In this document: positions 1-12,240 of the stretch, in pieces | How positions within the stretch are numbered: position 1 is the first letter of the stretch | How the letters are laid out: each line of letters opens with the position of its first letter | Assembly: GCF_004010195.1 (NCBI RefSeq) | Contig: NC_057711.1 | Coordinates: 78,229,348 to 78,264,166, forward strand | DNA: 34,819 nucleotides | Source of the DNA: Chiloscyllium plagiosum | Lineage: Eukaryota | Reading direction: 5' to 3' | The notes under the pieces: model-generated | What the model saw: the letters and a program-made list of their open reading frames with translations, nothing else | Told to the model about the DNA's origin: nothing | Database searches by the model: none | Position numbers and translations under genes: made by a program

Positions 1-34
1 GCAGGTCAGGCAGCATCCAGGGAACAGGAGAATC

Positions 35-62
35 GTCGTTTCGGGCATAAGCCCTTCTTCAG
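35..62 (-). ncRNA. Minimal hammerhead ribozyme-like motif with mutated cleavage triplet (GTC>GAC)
   Basis: Minus strand CTGAAGA-A-GGGC-TTAT-GCCC-GAAACGAC; sister copies read GAAACGTC. Confidence 0.6.
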
Positions 63-1043
63 GAATGGGGGAAGTTTGTCCAGCAGGCTAAGATAAAAGG
101 TAGGGAGGAGGGACTTGGGGGAGGGGCGTCGGAAATGTGATCGGTGGAAAGAGGTCAAGGTGAGGGTGATAGGCCAGACTGGGGTGGGGACGGAGAGGTC
201 GGGAAGAAGATCTCAGGTTAGGAAGGCGGTGCTGAATTCGATGGATTTGACTGAGACAAGGTGGGGAGGGGGGAAATGAGGAAACTGGTGAAATCCGAGT
301 TCATCCCTTGTGGTTGGAGGGTTCCTAGCCGGAAGATGAGGCGTTCTTCCTCCACCCGTCGTTTCGGTGTGGTCTGACGATGGAGGGGTCCAAAGACCTG
401 CATATCCTTGGTGGAGTGGTAGGGGGAATTGAAATGTTGAGCTACAGGGTGGTTGGGTTGGTTGGTCCGGGTGTCCCAGAGGTGTTATCTGAAACGCTCC
501 GGAGGTAGCCGGCCTGTCTCCCCAATATAGAGGAGGCATCATCGTGTGCAGAGGATGCAATAGATGATGTGTTTGGAGGTGCGGGTGAATCTGTGGCGGA
601 TATGGAAGTGTGCTTTGGGGCCTTGGAGGGAGGTGAGGGGGGAGGGGTGGGCGCGAGTCTTGCACCTCCTGCGGTTGCAGGGGAGGGTGCCGGGAGTGGA
701 GGTTGGGTTGGTGGGGGGTGTGGGTCTGACGAGGGAGTCACGGAGGGAGTGGTCTTTACGGGGTGCTGGTAGGGGAGGGGAGGGAAATATATCCTTGGTG
801 GTGGGGTCCGTTTGGAGGTGGCGGAAATGGAGGCGGATGATGCGCTGTACATGGAGGTTAGTTCCTTGGTGGTGGGTCCATTTCCTAACCTGCAATCTTC
901 ATCCCGACCTCTCCGCCCCCGCCCCCGCCTGACCTATCACCCTCACCTTGACCTCTTTCCACCTATCACATTTCCGACGCCCCTCCCCCAAGTCCCTCCT
1001 CCCTATCTTTTATCTTAGCCTGCTGGACCAACTTTCCTCATTC

Positions 1044-1071
1044 CTGAAGAAGGGCTAATGCCCGAAACGTC
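1044..1071 (+). ncRNA. Minimal type-I hammerhead ribozyme-like motif in PLE terminus
   Basis: CTGAAGA-A-GGGC-TAAT-GCCC-GAAA-CGTC: CUGANGA box, 4-bp stem II, GAAA box, palindromic ACGT stem III and GUC triplet. Stem I is weak. Confidence 0.7.
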
Positions 1072-1639
1072 GATTCTCCTGTTCCCTAGATGCTGCCTGA
1101 CCTGCTGCGCTTTTCCAGCAACACATTTCCATCACTGAAGTAAAGGTGTCTGTTTCGGTGTTGTAATCTCTGATTATATTCCGTCACAATATGAACAGCA
1201 CCTCAATTATACCTAATAATCTTAACTGTACAAGGGACAAAATTAACTTGAAATTTCACATGGTGTAAAAACAAAGCTAGGTGCGCTAAACAAAGATATA
1301 GAATTAATGCCAACGGAGCTATATCTGTCACTTCTCTTCATGAGCCATCTTTGTGAATCCCACTTCCATCTCCTTTTGTTTTGTCATCATTCTGCTATTT
1401 AATTCTTCCCGTGTTCCACCATAAACCCTATTGCTTTGCCCACTCTGCCTGCATTACATCTCAAATTTCTTTCCAGTTTTGATGCAAGTTCACTGCCCTT
1501 GAATGTTAACTTTTTTCTTGTGCCCTCTCTCTCCCCACAGACGCTGCCAACTTGCTAATATTTCCAGCATGTTGTGTTGAGTGTTAAATTCAAAAGCCTA
1601 CTATAAGTAGCTCTGCTGTTTTGTGGCAGGATAGACTCT

Positions 1640-2390
1640 GTTGATCTTTACTGTTAAACAAACACTAGCGAAACTCAGGTCTGGAAGCTTATGTGGAGAG
1701 AGAAACAGTTAACACTCCCAATTTGATAACATGTCTTCAGAACTGAAAAGTGTGGGAAAATAGTTTTTTTATAATACATTTGATAGGGGCAGAGGAGAAC
1801 AGACAGCACAGTAAGCTAAAGCAAAAGATGAAGCGGTTGCTAATAGTGGAGAAAAAGAGCTGTAAAAAGCGTGTAAATTTAATAGTAGCAACGACTCTCT
1901 CTCATTAAGTGAAGAGCAAACAAGATACAAACATGACATGGTGTGAGGAAGAGAATGTAAGAATAGTGGAGGACAGACATAACGCAGTTAATGAAGTTAT
2001 TGAATTTGGTTTGACACGTGGAGGTTGTAGAGTGCCGAAGCAAAAACAGAGGTGTTCTCCTTTGATCTTCTGTTGTGCTTTGTTGGAACATTGTAGCACA
2101 CCCAGGCTAGAACTGCTTGCACATGAACAAGGTGGTTTATTGAATCAGGGGCATTCCGACAGACAAAGCAGAGGTATGCCGCAAAAGTCTCCATAATGTA
2201 AAGGCGGCCACATTATGAAAACAGTAAACTAGATTGAAAGAAGTGAAATGCTGCTTCAGTGGAAGGTATGCTTGGGCCTTGGACAGTGAGGAAGGAGGGG
2301 TTGAATGGACAAGTGTTACACTTTCTGCAATTGGATGAGAAGGTGCCATTGGGAGTGAGGAAGCATTAGGAATGATGGAGGAGTGAAGAA
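1640..2390 (-). mobile_element. Old, degenerate Penelope-like element fragment
   Basis: ORF 1905..2099 (QQKIKGEHLCFCFGTLQPP) is a decayed homologue of EEERLIFRLGTLQPQ in the element at 1-880. A terminus-like remnant lies at about 1660-1745. Confidence 0.6.
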
Positions 2391-3621
2391 TTTTATTGTT
2401 TTTGTTTTCCTTGTTGATCAGCTATCTGATCAAATCTTGCTTTTACACCACATTTGTCTCCACAGCAAAGATCTCAGGCTCCCAATGAATGTAGATCCAA
2501 ACTGAAATACCATCTATCATGTTTTAAATCACCTTTGATTATATATTCAGATAGCCACACCACTCCTCAAACCACTGCTTTCATTATGTAAACAGAGATA
2601 CAAATACACACACACAATGTCCCTGCAGCACCAATTCACTTGAAGTTGTCAGGCTTGAGGTTCCAATTTTACAGTCATTGCAAAAAAATACTTTCCTTCC
2701 TTTCAGATTTCAAGCATTAGAGAAGATTGTCAGATTGATCAACACCTTGCCAACCATTCTTCCCCCTTCAGGTCCCTCTGGCTCCTTCCCTTTGCACAGT
2801 CTTATACCCTTATTAAATTAATAACTGTTCTTCTATCACTTCACCTGCACACCCACTTCTTTGGTCAAGAGATCCATCCCGATCCTTGTGACAAAACTGA
2901 TCCTTTCTCACCATCTGCATTCTTGCCACCCTGGAAGGCTTACGAGCCACAAATTTCTCTTGACCTTCTCGTGTGACGTTGGGCTTAATTTCACTCCATC
3001 GTTCAACTCACTCAGTTTGATCTATTTCTGTCTGTCTCACTCCATTTCCTCAAGTGCAACTATAGCATGGTCATTCAACTTGATGACATGACAGTGATAT
3101 TTTGATAAAACAATCTCAACCTTAAAGGCTGAACACGAACCCCTCCCGACATTTTCGCAGAGACTTCGCCGTCACTGACCTTCTCCTGGACCAATAAAAC
3201 AAACTTCTCTAATATAACAGCCCCAACCCAATCAATCAGTCTGCTTTCTCCTCCTTCCCAAGATCCATATCAGGTATGGCAATGTTCTTGTTGGTCCACC
3301 GAACTTTTTTATATATCTAAACTCTAATTTCATCCAATTTGGTCTTCAGTCTCTTCCTACTGATGCTGGACTCTTCCAATCTTTCTATCCCTGAATCCTA
3401 CACGATGATAGCACACAGGCTATCTGGTCCTTCCCCAAAACACAGCCGACCAGTTTCTGCTTATTAAAATCCTCCTTTGGCTCGTGAAACTTGTTCTTAT
3501 ACCAAACAATTTCACTTTGAATTTCACTCACTTCCTTTAAAAGTCATTTGTAGAATTAAATTTGCAGATACATTCTTTTTCTCAAAAAGCAAACAAACAA
3601 TCTGCAGGCAGTCAATCCATG

Positions 3622-4052
3622 TAATATTTCATAAATGCCTACTTTGGAAATAGAACTAGTCTGACTCAAGATGAGGATACAGACAGACTCTGACCTCACA
3701 TCTTTAATGCACTGCCTGAGCTGAGTTTTTTTTTATAAAACCTTAAGTTATCTTGAGAATGTGATTTGGAAGAAGTTCTGGGATTTACATTTTAATGAAC
3801 CGAAACCTGCAGCCCATTCTAAAAGATGAAAGCTTTAACAGCATTCTAGGTTTGTTCAATATATCATTTCAGTTGCATGACACTAATCTTTTGCTATAAA
3901 TTCTGTATCTTATCATACTGTTCCACAGCTACCTGATGAAGGAGCAGTGCTCTGAAAGTTAGTGCTTCCAAATAAACCTGCTAGACTATAATCTGGTGTT
4001 GCAAGATTTTTAACTTTGTCCATCCTAGTTGAACACCAGCTCCTCCACATCA
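3622..4052 (+). mobile_element. Non-coding PLE-type repeat with hammerhead motif and AATAAA, nested in the older PLE
   Basis: Ends in ctgatgaaggagcagtgctctgaaagttagtgcttccaaataaacctg...cctccacatca, a terminus I recognise from shark repeats. No ORF. Confidence 0.55.
3930..3964 (+). ncRNA. Minimal hammerhead ribozyme-like motif
   Basis: tac-CTGATGA-A-GGAGC-AGT-GCTCT-GAAA-GTTA-gtg: canonical CUGAUGA, 5-bp stem II with one G-U, GAAA, UUA triplet, and 3-bp stem I (tac/gtg). Confidence 0.7.
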
Positions 4053-5649
4053 TTCCTCCAAAAGAAATGTTTTACCTGACAAATCTACTGGGATCAACCT
4101 ATGCCAATCTTTTCATGGAATAAACTGAAAATCCTTGGTTTAGTCCTACACAAGTAATCACTCATCTTTTATTTTTAAATGAGAGAGTACGTGGATGATT
4201 ACATTTCCTGATTTCACCCAGAATTAGACATTTTCAAACTTAGAGACACACACACACACACGTATTTAAAGTCAGACTAACAACCAATATGCACCATACA
4301 TGCACGGAATCTATCCCTAAATTGATGATGCTTCCTCATATCATTTCATTAAAGGACTCTAATCCATTCTCAGTTTCACCATCTCAATGTTCTAATGATA
4401 CCATCTCACATTGCAATGCTTCTACACTTCATTTTTCCCCCAAAATGAAGTTGTCCCTCATACCATGTTGATATGGCCATTAAACACATGGCTCTACGAA
4501 ATGTCTTCTCTCCCTTCCACAACTATGACAGCATTTCCTTTGTCCTAACATTCAATCTCATTAGCTAAATTCAAATGATCATCCTGCACCACAAATGCTA
4601 CAACCAATCACATCTTTCCTTTCAAGAGTCTGAAGAACTGTTTCCTCCACAACTCTAACATCCCCAATACCAGCCCTCATCTCAACATACCCTTTCATGT
4701 AAAAGTAAAACACACTACACCTGCTCTTGTACCTCCTCACTTGTTCATAACCTCAAAACATGCCTTCCAGTTGAAACAGTACTTCATTTAAGCATTACAA
4801 TGAATGGTAGCAACAAGTACTTCTTTCAATGTTACTCCCCTACGCTGGGAGTTCCAACAACCGAGTTCAGTCTGTCAGAGTGATCCAGTCACCTGTCATT
4901 TTCAATTCTCCAATTCATTCCTACTCTGGCCTCTCTGTCCTCAGTCTTCCAGAACGTTCTGATGAAACTAACAATTTCGAAGACCAGCATGTCACATTTC
5001 AGTGGGATACTTTGCAGTCTTCCAGGCAATAACATAGTTCTCCATTTTCCCCGCACAGCAGCTGATGATAATTCTGTTGTCTCAATTTAAAACCTCCTTT
5101 ACACATTTCAAACTTTTTAAACTTTGCTAAAAGGTCATGATCCTACAACATTAGCATCTGAGAAGAGAGACAAATCAAGTATTTTCAGCAATTTTAGTTA
5201 ATAATGCAAAGCTACAAATTGCTGGGTTTTAAAGGTAGAAATATTCAGATTGTATTAGATTTTATGAAATAGATGAATTAACTACTCCATTTCAAGTGCA
5301 GTATTATTATAATATACATAAGCAAACAATTCACAATAGGTTACATTGCTCATTAAGATTATACCTACGTGTAAAAAAAAAGGATGTGGTGCATACACAC
5401 TCTCTAACCAAGTTTTTTTTTAAATTTGCGGTTAACACAAAACAAGGCTAAGGCCAAGTAAGATTAGAAATAAAGAGCATTGGTTCAGAAGTGGTTTTTA
5501 CGAAAATTTTGTTGTGATAATGATCAATTCTCGACATCTTTTCTTTCAAAATTTGAAAAATTTATATCCCACTTTCAAGTAGTTAGCAAACAGACAAAGT
5601 TAATTCACGTATTCACTTACAAAACTTGGAAGGACAATATTTAAAAACA

Positions 5650-5980
5650 AAATCATAGAATCATACAACGATACAGCATAGAACAAGACCATTTGATCAT
5701 GACAGTACCCTAAAATAATTGCCCTATTTAGTTTATCTTCAATAGTCTTCCCCCATATTTCAAAGTTCTCCAAAATCAAGCAGTGACTCAATCCACTTCA
5801 GGAAATTATTACTGAATATATTTTCACTGCTCTCTCAGACAATATACTCCAAATCTCAAAAACACATGTTTTACACATGTAACCTCTGCCAATTGCCTTA
5901 AGCCGGTGTCCTCCGTTTTGTTAGCCCCTCACAAAAAGAAAACCCAAGGATAAGCCCAGTCTCTACAGGTCAATCAATCA
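5650..5980 (-). mobile_element. Degenerate CR1-type LINE 3' end
   Basis: aatcatagaatcata tail (reverse complement of the TATGATTC-type CR1 repeat) followed by decayed 3' CR1 sequence. Confidence 0.45.
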
Positions 5981-6029
5981 GTTAAATCTCAGGAGGAGGA
6001 GAAGGTTTTAGGGCTGGTAATTTTTTTAA

Positions 6030-6990
6030 AAATTAAGTCACTTGAACAAGTGTGGTTTAACAAAATCCAGCACAGCTTTCCTAACTTAGAGTTTTCTGAT
6101 ATGATAATAAAGGTTAACATGAGGATAATATAGTTGATATGGTACATATAGGACTTCCAAAAGACATTTGATGAATAGCCACACAACTAACTTGCCAAGT
6201 AAGTGAAATTAAAATTAAATTGCCATCATGGATACGGTGTTGGCCAAGTAGCAGGAAATAGTCTACGGAGTTGTGGGTAAAGTTAAGTTAAACCTCACAG
6301 AGAACACATCTAAGCTGACAGAATGCATAGAACCCTATCAGACTAAATTGAACGCAGAAAATTGAGAAATGCAGCATGTTGGCAAAAAAAATGCACTTTT
6401 TTATTAAAAAAAGAGACAATTTCCAAGAAGGTGCAAGAACAGAAATATGGAGGTTATGTACAAAACCAATGGAAGAGGCAGCACAATTTTAAAAAAGGTG
6501 GTTAAAAAACCTGGTGATACTGGGTTTCATAAATTGCAGCCTAGGACATAAAAGCAAGGATATTGTGATGACCCAGTATAAAACAGTGGTCCAACTAGAT
6601 AATGGTCTGATTATGAGGGCTTTAGTTAAGCAGATTAATTGGTAAAGCTGGTAGCTAGTCTCCTTGGGGAAGATCCAGAGATTTGATAGAAAAGTGTTCT
6701 AAATCAGACGCCCGAACACTAATTAGAAAGAAACTATCTAGGTGGCAAAAGGATCAAGAGGACATCAGTACAAGACAACTGGCAAAAGAATGAGGAATAA
6801 AAAATGTTTAGTCACACAGTATGTTAGAATTTAAAATGTACTGCCTAGGATTGTGATGGAAAAAGATACAATCAGCTTTTTCAACACAAATTTGACAATC
6901 ATTTGAAAAGGACTACACTTGCAAACATGACAGGTCAAATATAGTCTCCTTCTGTGCTGCAATAATACTTCAAATCCATGATACTCTATG
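6030..6990 (+). mobile_element. Degenerate CR1-type LINE, RT to 3' end
   Basis: Remnants of NLEF...VDMVHI...DFQKTFDE..H around 6080-6185 and a CR1-like 3' region to about 6990. Confidence 0.6.
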
Positions 6991-7963
6991 TCACTGAAAA
7001 TCATTTCTGACATTTATACCTAGCTTATTACAACCCTTCACAATTTTTAATGCCTCCACAAAATCTCCCCTTAAGGATAATGCCAACATGAAAATCAAAA
7101 TATTTTCTTTGAGGGTTCTTATAACAAAGAAAAACTGCTCACATTGGTCTTTTTCTCAGGGATACTTTATTTTTCAGGGCCAATATTTCATTATCACTCA
7201 CTCCTTTCTTTAAAAGGTGATGCAGTCGTATAGTGGCATTATCTTACATACAGGCTGATTTTTATTTAGGGTTTTCCGAAGGGTTTATGGATTCAAAACA
7301 TTAACTGTGCTTTCTCTCCACAGACGCTGACAGTCCTGCGTTTCTCAAAAAATTTCTGTTTTTGTTTCAGATTTCCAGGATCCACAATGCTTTGTTTTAT
7401 CAACTGTAACGCACCCAACAATAGAAAATCCTAAAAGAAATTTACTTTTAATTCAGTGTTTTTGAATTCTAGTTACTATTGAACATGTCTGTCAATCTGC
7501 ACAGCAAGTTCCCACATATTGAACGTTTTCTTTTCCAATCAAATGGGATGGGGAAGAGAAGGGAGCAGGCCAGGTTGACCCCACAACTTACATTAACCCT
7601 TGCCCTTGGATATGTGATATTTCCTCACTCTTTGCTAGTTCGAAGGATACATCCAGGAACAATATTTGGCCAACTCTAAAACCAGTTATGCTTATTAAAC
7701 TCAAAGCTCAACAAGAAAAGTACAGATTCAGACTCCCAATCTCAATCTGACAAGATATAAGTGGCAAATGTGAAAAATGGAAAATCAATGATCCCCTAAA
7801 TAGTCATGATTATTTCAGATAGGGTGGATGGACACTAGCTGTTTGTTGCTCCCAACCTTGTCGCCAGCCTGAAATGAGACTGTTTACATACAGAAGTGAA
7901 AGTGGGAAAAATTCTCAAGGAAATTTAATTTTCAGATAAAAAAATTGTTAAGTCAACCATGAC

Positions 7964-8754
7964 TGGATGTAGGTTTGCTCACTAAGCTGGAAGGTTTGCT
8001 TTCAGAAGCTTTGTCACCATACTAGGTAACATCTTGAGTGAGCCTCCGAATGAAGCACTGATGGTGTAGCCTGCTTTCTATGTATATGCTCGAGTTTCCA
8101 AGTGTTGGTGATGTCATTTCCTGTGGTGACACAATTTCCTATGGTGATGTCATTTCCTCTTCTTTTCCTCAGGAGGTGGTAAATGGGATCTAAGTCAATG
8201 TATTTGATGATAGAGTTCTAGTTGGAATGCCATGCTTCTAGGAATTCTCGTGCATGTCTCTGTTTGGCTTTCCCTATGATGGATGTGTTGTCCCAGTCGA
8301 AGTGGTGTCCTTCATCATCCGTAAGTAAGGATACTAGTGAGAGTGGGTCATGGTGCTTTGTGGCTAGGTTTCTGCCTGTTTGTTACAGTTCTTGCAAGGT
8401 ATTATGTAAATGACATTAGTTTGCTTGTTGTCTGCATAGGGTATTTTAGTGTGTTGGTGGGTTTGTGGGCTGCCACGATGCCAACGGGTCCAAGTACTGA
8501 GTACTATCAACAAACACATTGACTTGGATCCCATTTACCATCCCCTGAGAAAAAGAACAGGAAATGACATCACCAACCCGAGGAAACTCAAACATATTTT
8601 AAAACGTGGGCTACGTCACCAGTGCTTCATTCGTAGGCTCACTGAAGATGCTACCTAGTATGGTGACGAAACATCTGAAAACGAATCTTCCAGCTCAGCC
8701 AGCAAACCTACATCCAGAACCTCAACCTGAGCTATAAATCTTCTCAAAACTCGC
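7964..8754 (-). mobile_element. Second-family Penelope-like element, 5'-truncated with inverted terminal arm and candidate 12-bp target-site duplication
   Basis: Minus strand HDPLSLVSLLTDDEGHHFDWDNTSIIGKAKQRHAREFLEAWHS (GIY-YIG C-terminus). 7964-8213 is inverted at 8504-8716. Flanks are tcaaccatgact (7953-7964) and tcaactatgact (8755-8766). Confidence 0.8.
8639..8678 (+). ncRNA. Minimal hammerhead ribozyme-like motif
   Basis: tca-CTGAAGA-T-GCTACC-TAGTAT-GGTGAC-GAAA-CATC-tga: both core boxes intact, stem II with one mismatch, stem I tca/tga. Confidence 0.6.
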
Positions 8755-9349
8755 TCAACTATGACTTTCAAATGTTTTTGTTTCTTACCAGAGACAGAGG
8801 AATAACATTCACAGAGAAAGATTGAGGGAATTTTGATGAAAGAGGTTTGTAATCAAAACATAACTTGACCTGTTCTCTGTGCTTCCTGCTGCATCCTCTT
8901 TCTAATGATTAAGCAACTGGTTAAACCAATTGCCATCAGCACTGCCAAATTATGCGCTGCATGGCAGCAGAGACATCAGCCAGGATGATCCTCCTTCTAG
9001 CTTCAATGACAGGTTCTCTCACGACTGCCCTAGCTGCTCCTCCAAATCATAGATTCTGTCGCCAGAGAGAGAGGAAGGAACTCAGACTTGTTATAACAAG
9101 AGTTTTTATTTAACGATAATCATTTTAAAGCACAAATCATTCTAAATATTAAACATTATAACACCACATTTTTTCTTGCCAATCAAAATATTTTAAATTA
9201 AAAATGTTTTCTATTCAAGTCTAGCTTCACTAAATACAATCCAAAAGAGTCCAAGTATCAAAAACTCAACATTTCCAATTTTGAGGTTTCCAACATTATC
9301 AGAAAAAGTCAATTATTTCATCGGAATATCACAGGTTCATAAGGTCATA

Positions 9350-11400
9350 GCCAAGTCACATGTTTAACGAATCATCTTCCTACAAACGTTAATGCTATGG
9401 CCAATTCTCTATATTGCCTATGCTCCTCTTAATACAATTTATGGTAGTGCTTATGAACACTGTAGGGTTTCTCCAGATGACCCACTGCCAGAACCTGTAT
9501 TTGTCACCTCAACCAGTATGCATTTCTTGGAAAAGGTTTGTTTCAAGTGGTTCACTACCACCAATCCTTTTATGTTTTCAACAAAAGCAGTGATTCATGA
9601 TATAGGATATACCACTATACAGTGCTGATATAAGGGGAATGAATGCTCTTAAATAACAAGCTTCATTGCATGATGCAATAAGTACAATTATATTTGATCA
9701 GTTATAATGACTAGGACCTCAGGGAGATGGTATAGATACATCTGTCCCCTTCAAAAGCTTCAGTAGAATTTCTTCTCTGCCCAAAGATTGTGCTGCATTA
9801 GCTTAATAGGTGGAGCCAATGTAACATGAACATTAACTCTTTTCCGTGCCACCAAACTTTCTCCCCCCTCCCACAAATATATAATGGGTTAATTATGTTA
9901 CTTTTATCACAACACCATCGCATCCTTAGTCACTGACTGCACAATTGAAGGTGATCTGGATATTTCACACTTTTCTCAGAATGCATCCTCTTTGGACTTG
10001 AAAGAATAACAGGTCTCTTCTTTGGGGGTTGTTCACTCTGATTCTGATGTGGTGAAGGACATTGTTGGTTATAACCTTATGTAGAGAATCCTTAATCTCG
10101 GAGGTTCCTTTGCAGGGAACACTTCCTATAATTTGGGTAGTTAATCCATATCACCATGTGAGGAATCTTTAACCTCATGAATGTCCACAATGGAAAATAA
10201 CTCTTCTGTTGAAACAAGTAATTTCTTCTTGATAGTACCCTCGATTTTTGGATTAAGCAATTACTTTCTAACTCTAAGAGATCTCTTTTTGCATTATCCT
10301 GAATGCTCAAACATGGTAATTTCTTCTTCACAACTTCCGAGATCTGTGGACATTGGTCCGACTCCAATACAGTTGTATGCAGCTCATTTGATGATCAGTC
10401 TATGCCATCACCAAATACAAGAAAGATAACTCAAGTGGATTTTCACACTCTGTCATCTTACTAAAAAAATCCTGCTCACTCAGCACTACTTGAATTACGA
10501 GCATCAAAGTGTCTTGATGTTAATCAATGGATAAGCTCAAAGTGGGTTTTGTTAATTCTTGAACTCAGTATCTGCACCTTCTCACGTTTTGTTCAGTTTC
10601 AACTTATGATCACTCTTCAATGATGACAGGAGCAATCTCCAGACTTGACAATCCTAAGTAACTGCGATACAAAATGAGATATGAGATCTTCAACCTTTTA
10701 AAATTTGTGGCTCGCACACCACTGACTGATCCCTGGCTGTACATGTGGCAATGCCCAAGTGTCACTGGTTCATCCTTTGCAACAACTCCACAAAGGGAAG
10801 CCAAAATAACTACTTCCTGGTCATATTCTGGTAGGTTGCCCATTTTTTCCAAAATATTGCTTGTACTCAAAATACTTGTTCTCAATCAACTCACCAGGCT
10901 TTTGTCATAGTCCTATACTTCTGACAGCTATGCCACCTATGTCACATAGGCTCAGGTTACATCTTCTTCAGCAACAGTAACTGGTCTTTATCAAACTTAA
11001 ATTGAACAGGTTGCACAGGTGGAACCAATTCCACGAATCCCAGATCATTTGGTTCACCAATATCCCCTATTTTCTCTCTTTTGGTTATCTTTTCTAAAAG
11101 AGACTGCTGTACTATATGGAGTTCTTTTGAATGCATGACCTCCTCCTTTTCTGCCACTTTGTAATTATGTTGCATGCCTGCACTTTATGCTCAATTTTGA
11201 AGCAATGTTGTCTCCATGGAACTTAACCTTACACTCAGTATGGTCCTGCTTCAAATTGAATCTGTTAGAAAGAATCGTATCTTCCTTATATTTCTGTAAT
11301 TACGTCTATTGTTACTGGGTTTTCTCTTCTAGGTTGTTGCTGCATTTCAGACGGAGTTTGTTGACTTATTCCTGAGTAAAGAGAACAACTTCCTGACTTT
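9350..11400 (-). mobile_element. Possible highly decayed Ty3/Gypsy-like LTR retrotransposon internal region
   Basis: Cluster of collinear minus-strand ORF remnants (10092-10367, 10610-10885, 10957-11175). LGFVELVPP and VILASLCG resemble gag/protease-region text of fish Gypsy elements. No LTRs or intact catalytic motifs seen. Confidence 0.3.
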
Positions 11401-12057
11401 TACTGTCTAAAACACTAAGCTAAAGAGACAATCAATTGCGACACTAATTGATGGTTGTGCTTTTAGCCAAAACCACCATTAGGTGAAATGTTGTGCATGT
11501 GAAAAATGAGATGTCATGTTTAAAGTTAAGCAATATGATTAGAAGTAAAATTAAAGTCACCACAGCAAACAAAAGTACATTTGGGAGGATGCTTGAAAGT
11601 AGCCTGTGTTTGGAACTTTGTATTCTGTGTTTTAATAGACCCAATTAACATCGCTGTCATCATTAGATTAACAAATCGAGATTAAAGTCCATCAGTTTTA
11701 CAGAGATAATTACCTTAAGATAGACAAAGCCAACCAGTTTGAAACTGTTTAAAAATGTTTTCAGAAAGTACATCAAGTCTTCACCAGTCTGCATTTCATG
11801 AATGGCATGATGCCACTGGTACAACTGCATGTGTGCAAATGGATCATGGTTACAAATACTCCTACTGAAAACAGAGCTTAAATACAAATAGTAATACAAA
11901 TACAAATCCTTTTAAATCTTTAAAATGGCCAGAAATTATTTCTTCTGCTTGATTTCAGATCAAAAAGTTATGTTCTGATGTCTCCCTGGTTCTGCACCCC
12001 TTGTGTAATATTTCTTTTCTGGCCCTCTGTTCCTTGCAGCCACACTCCGTAAAAGAG

Positions 12058-12240
12058 GGAGGCAATGCCATAGTGGTATTTTCAGACTAACGATCCAAAG
12101 ACACAGGTAATGTTCTGGGGATATGGATTTGAATCCCATAAAATCTGGAATTAGAACTCTGGCAATGACTGTGAAAACATTTTTATTCATCATACAAACC
12201 CAACTGGTTCGCGAATGTTTTGGAAATGTAATCTGCAGAT
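12058..12240 (+). mobile_element. tRNA-derived SINE fragment (non-HE1 family)
   Basis: A-box/B-box-like head (tagtggtatt...ggatttgaatccca); homologous to 29350-29450 and 29770-29900. Confidence 0.55.

Larger units (their letters stand above)
1..1130 (-). mobile_element. Penelope-like element fragment (GIY-YIG endonuclease region plus 3' terminus), with an inverted copy of the terminus at about 882-1130
   Basis: Minus strand reads HIIYCILCTR*CLLYIGETGR and RRVEEERLIFRLGTLQPQGMNSDF, typical of a PLE GIY-YIG domain, with stops and frameshifts. 1-224 is the reverse complement of 882-1105. Confidence 0.85.
2640..5180 (+). mobile_element. Long, highly degenerate Penelope-like element (RT plus GIY-YIG), interrupted at about 3620-4052
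   Basis: RT-like remnants GSTYANLFME (about 4090-4120) and YVDD (tacgtggatgat, about 4188-4199). ORF 4829..5032 contains FNSPIHSYSGLSVL...FEDQHVTFQWDTLQ, like a PLE endonuclease C-terminus. The left boundary is uncertain. Confidence 0.55.

Noticed and set aside
213..1018. Pro-rich and Gly-rich ORFs of 118-150 aa
   Set aside because: They are alternative frames of the GC-skewed PLE, not host genes.
7270..7400. Further very old PLE-terminus remnants (also about 1480-1570, 5100-5200, 20200-20350, 27420-27520, 29040-29140, 32560-32740) as additional ribozymes
   Set aside because: The core boxes are too decayed to call.
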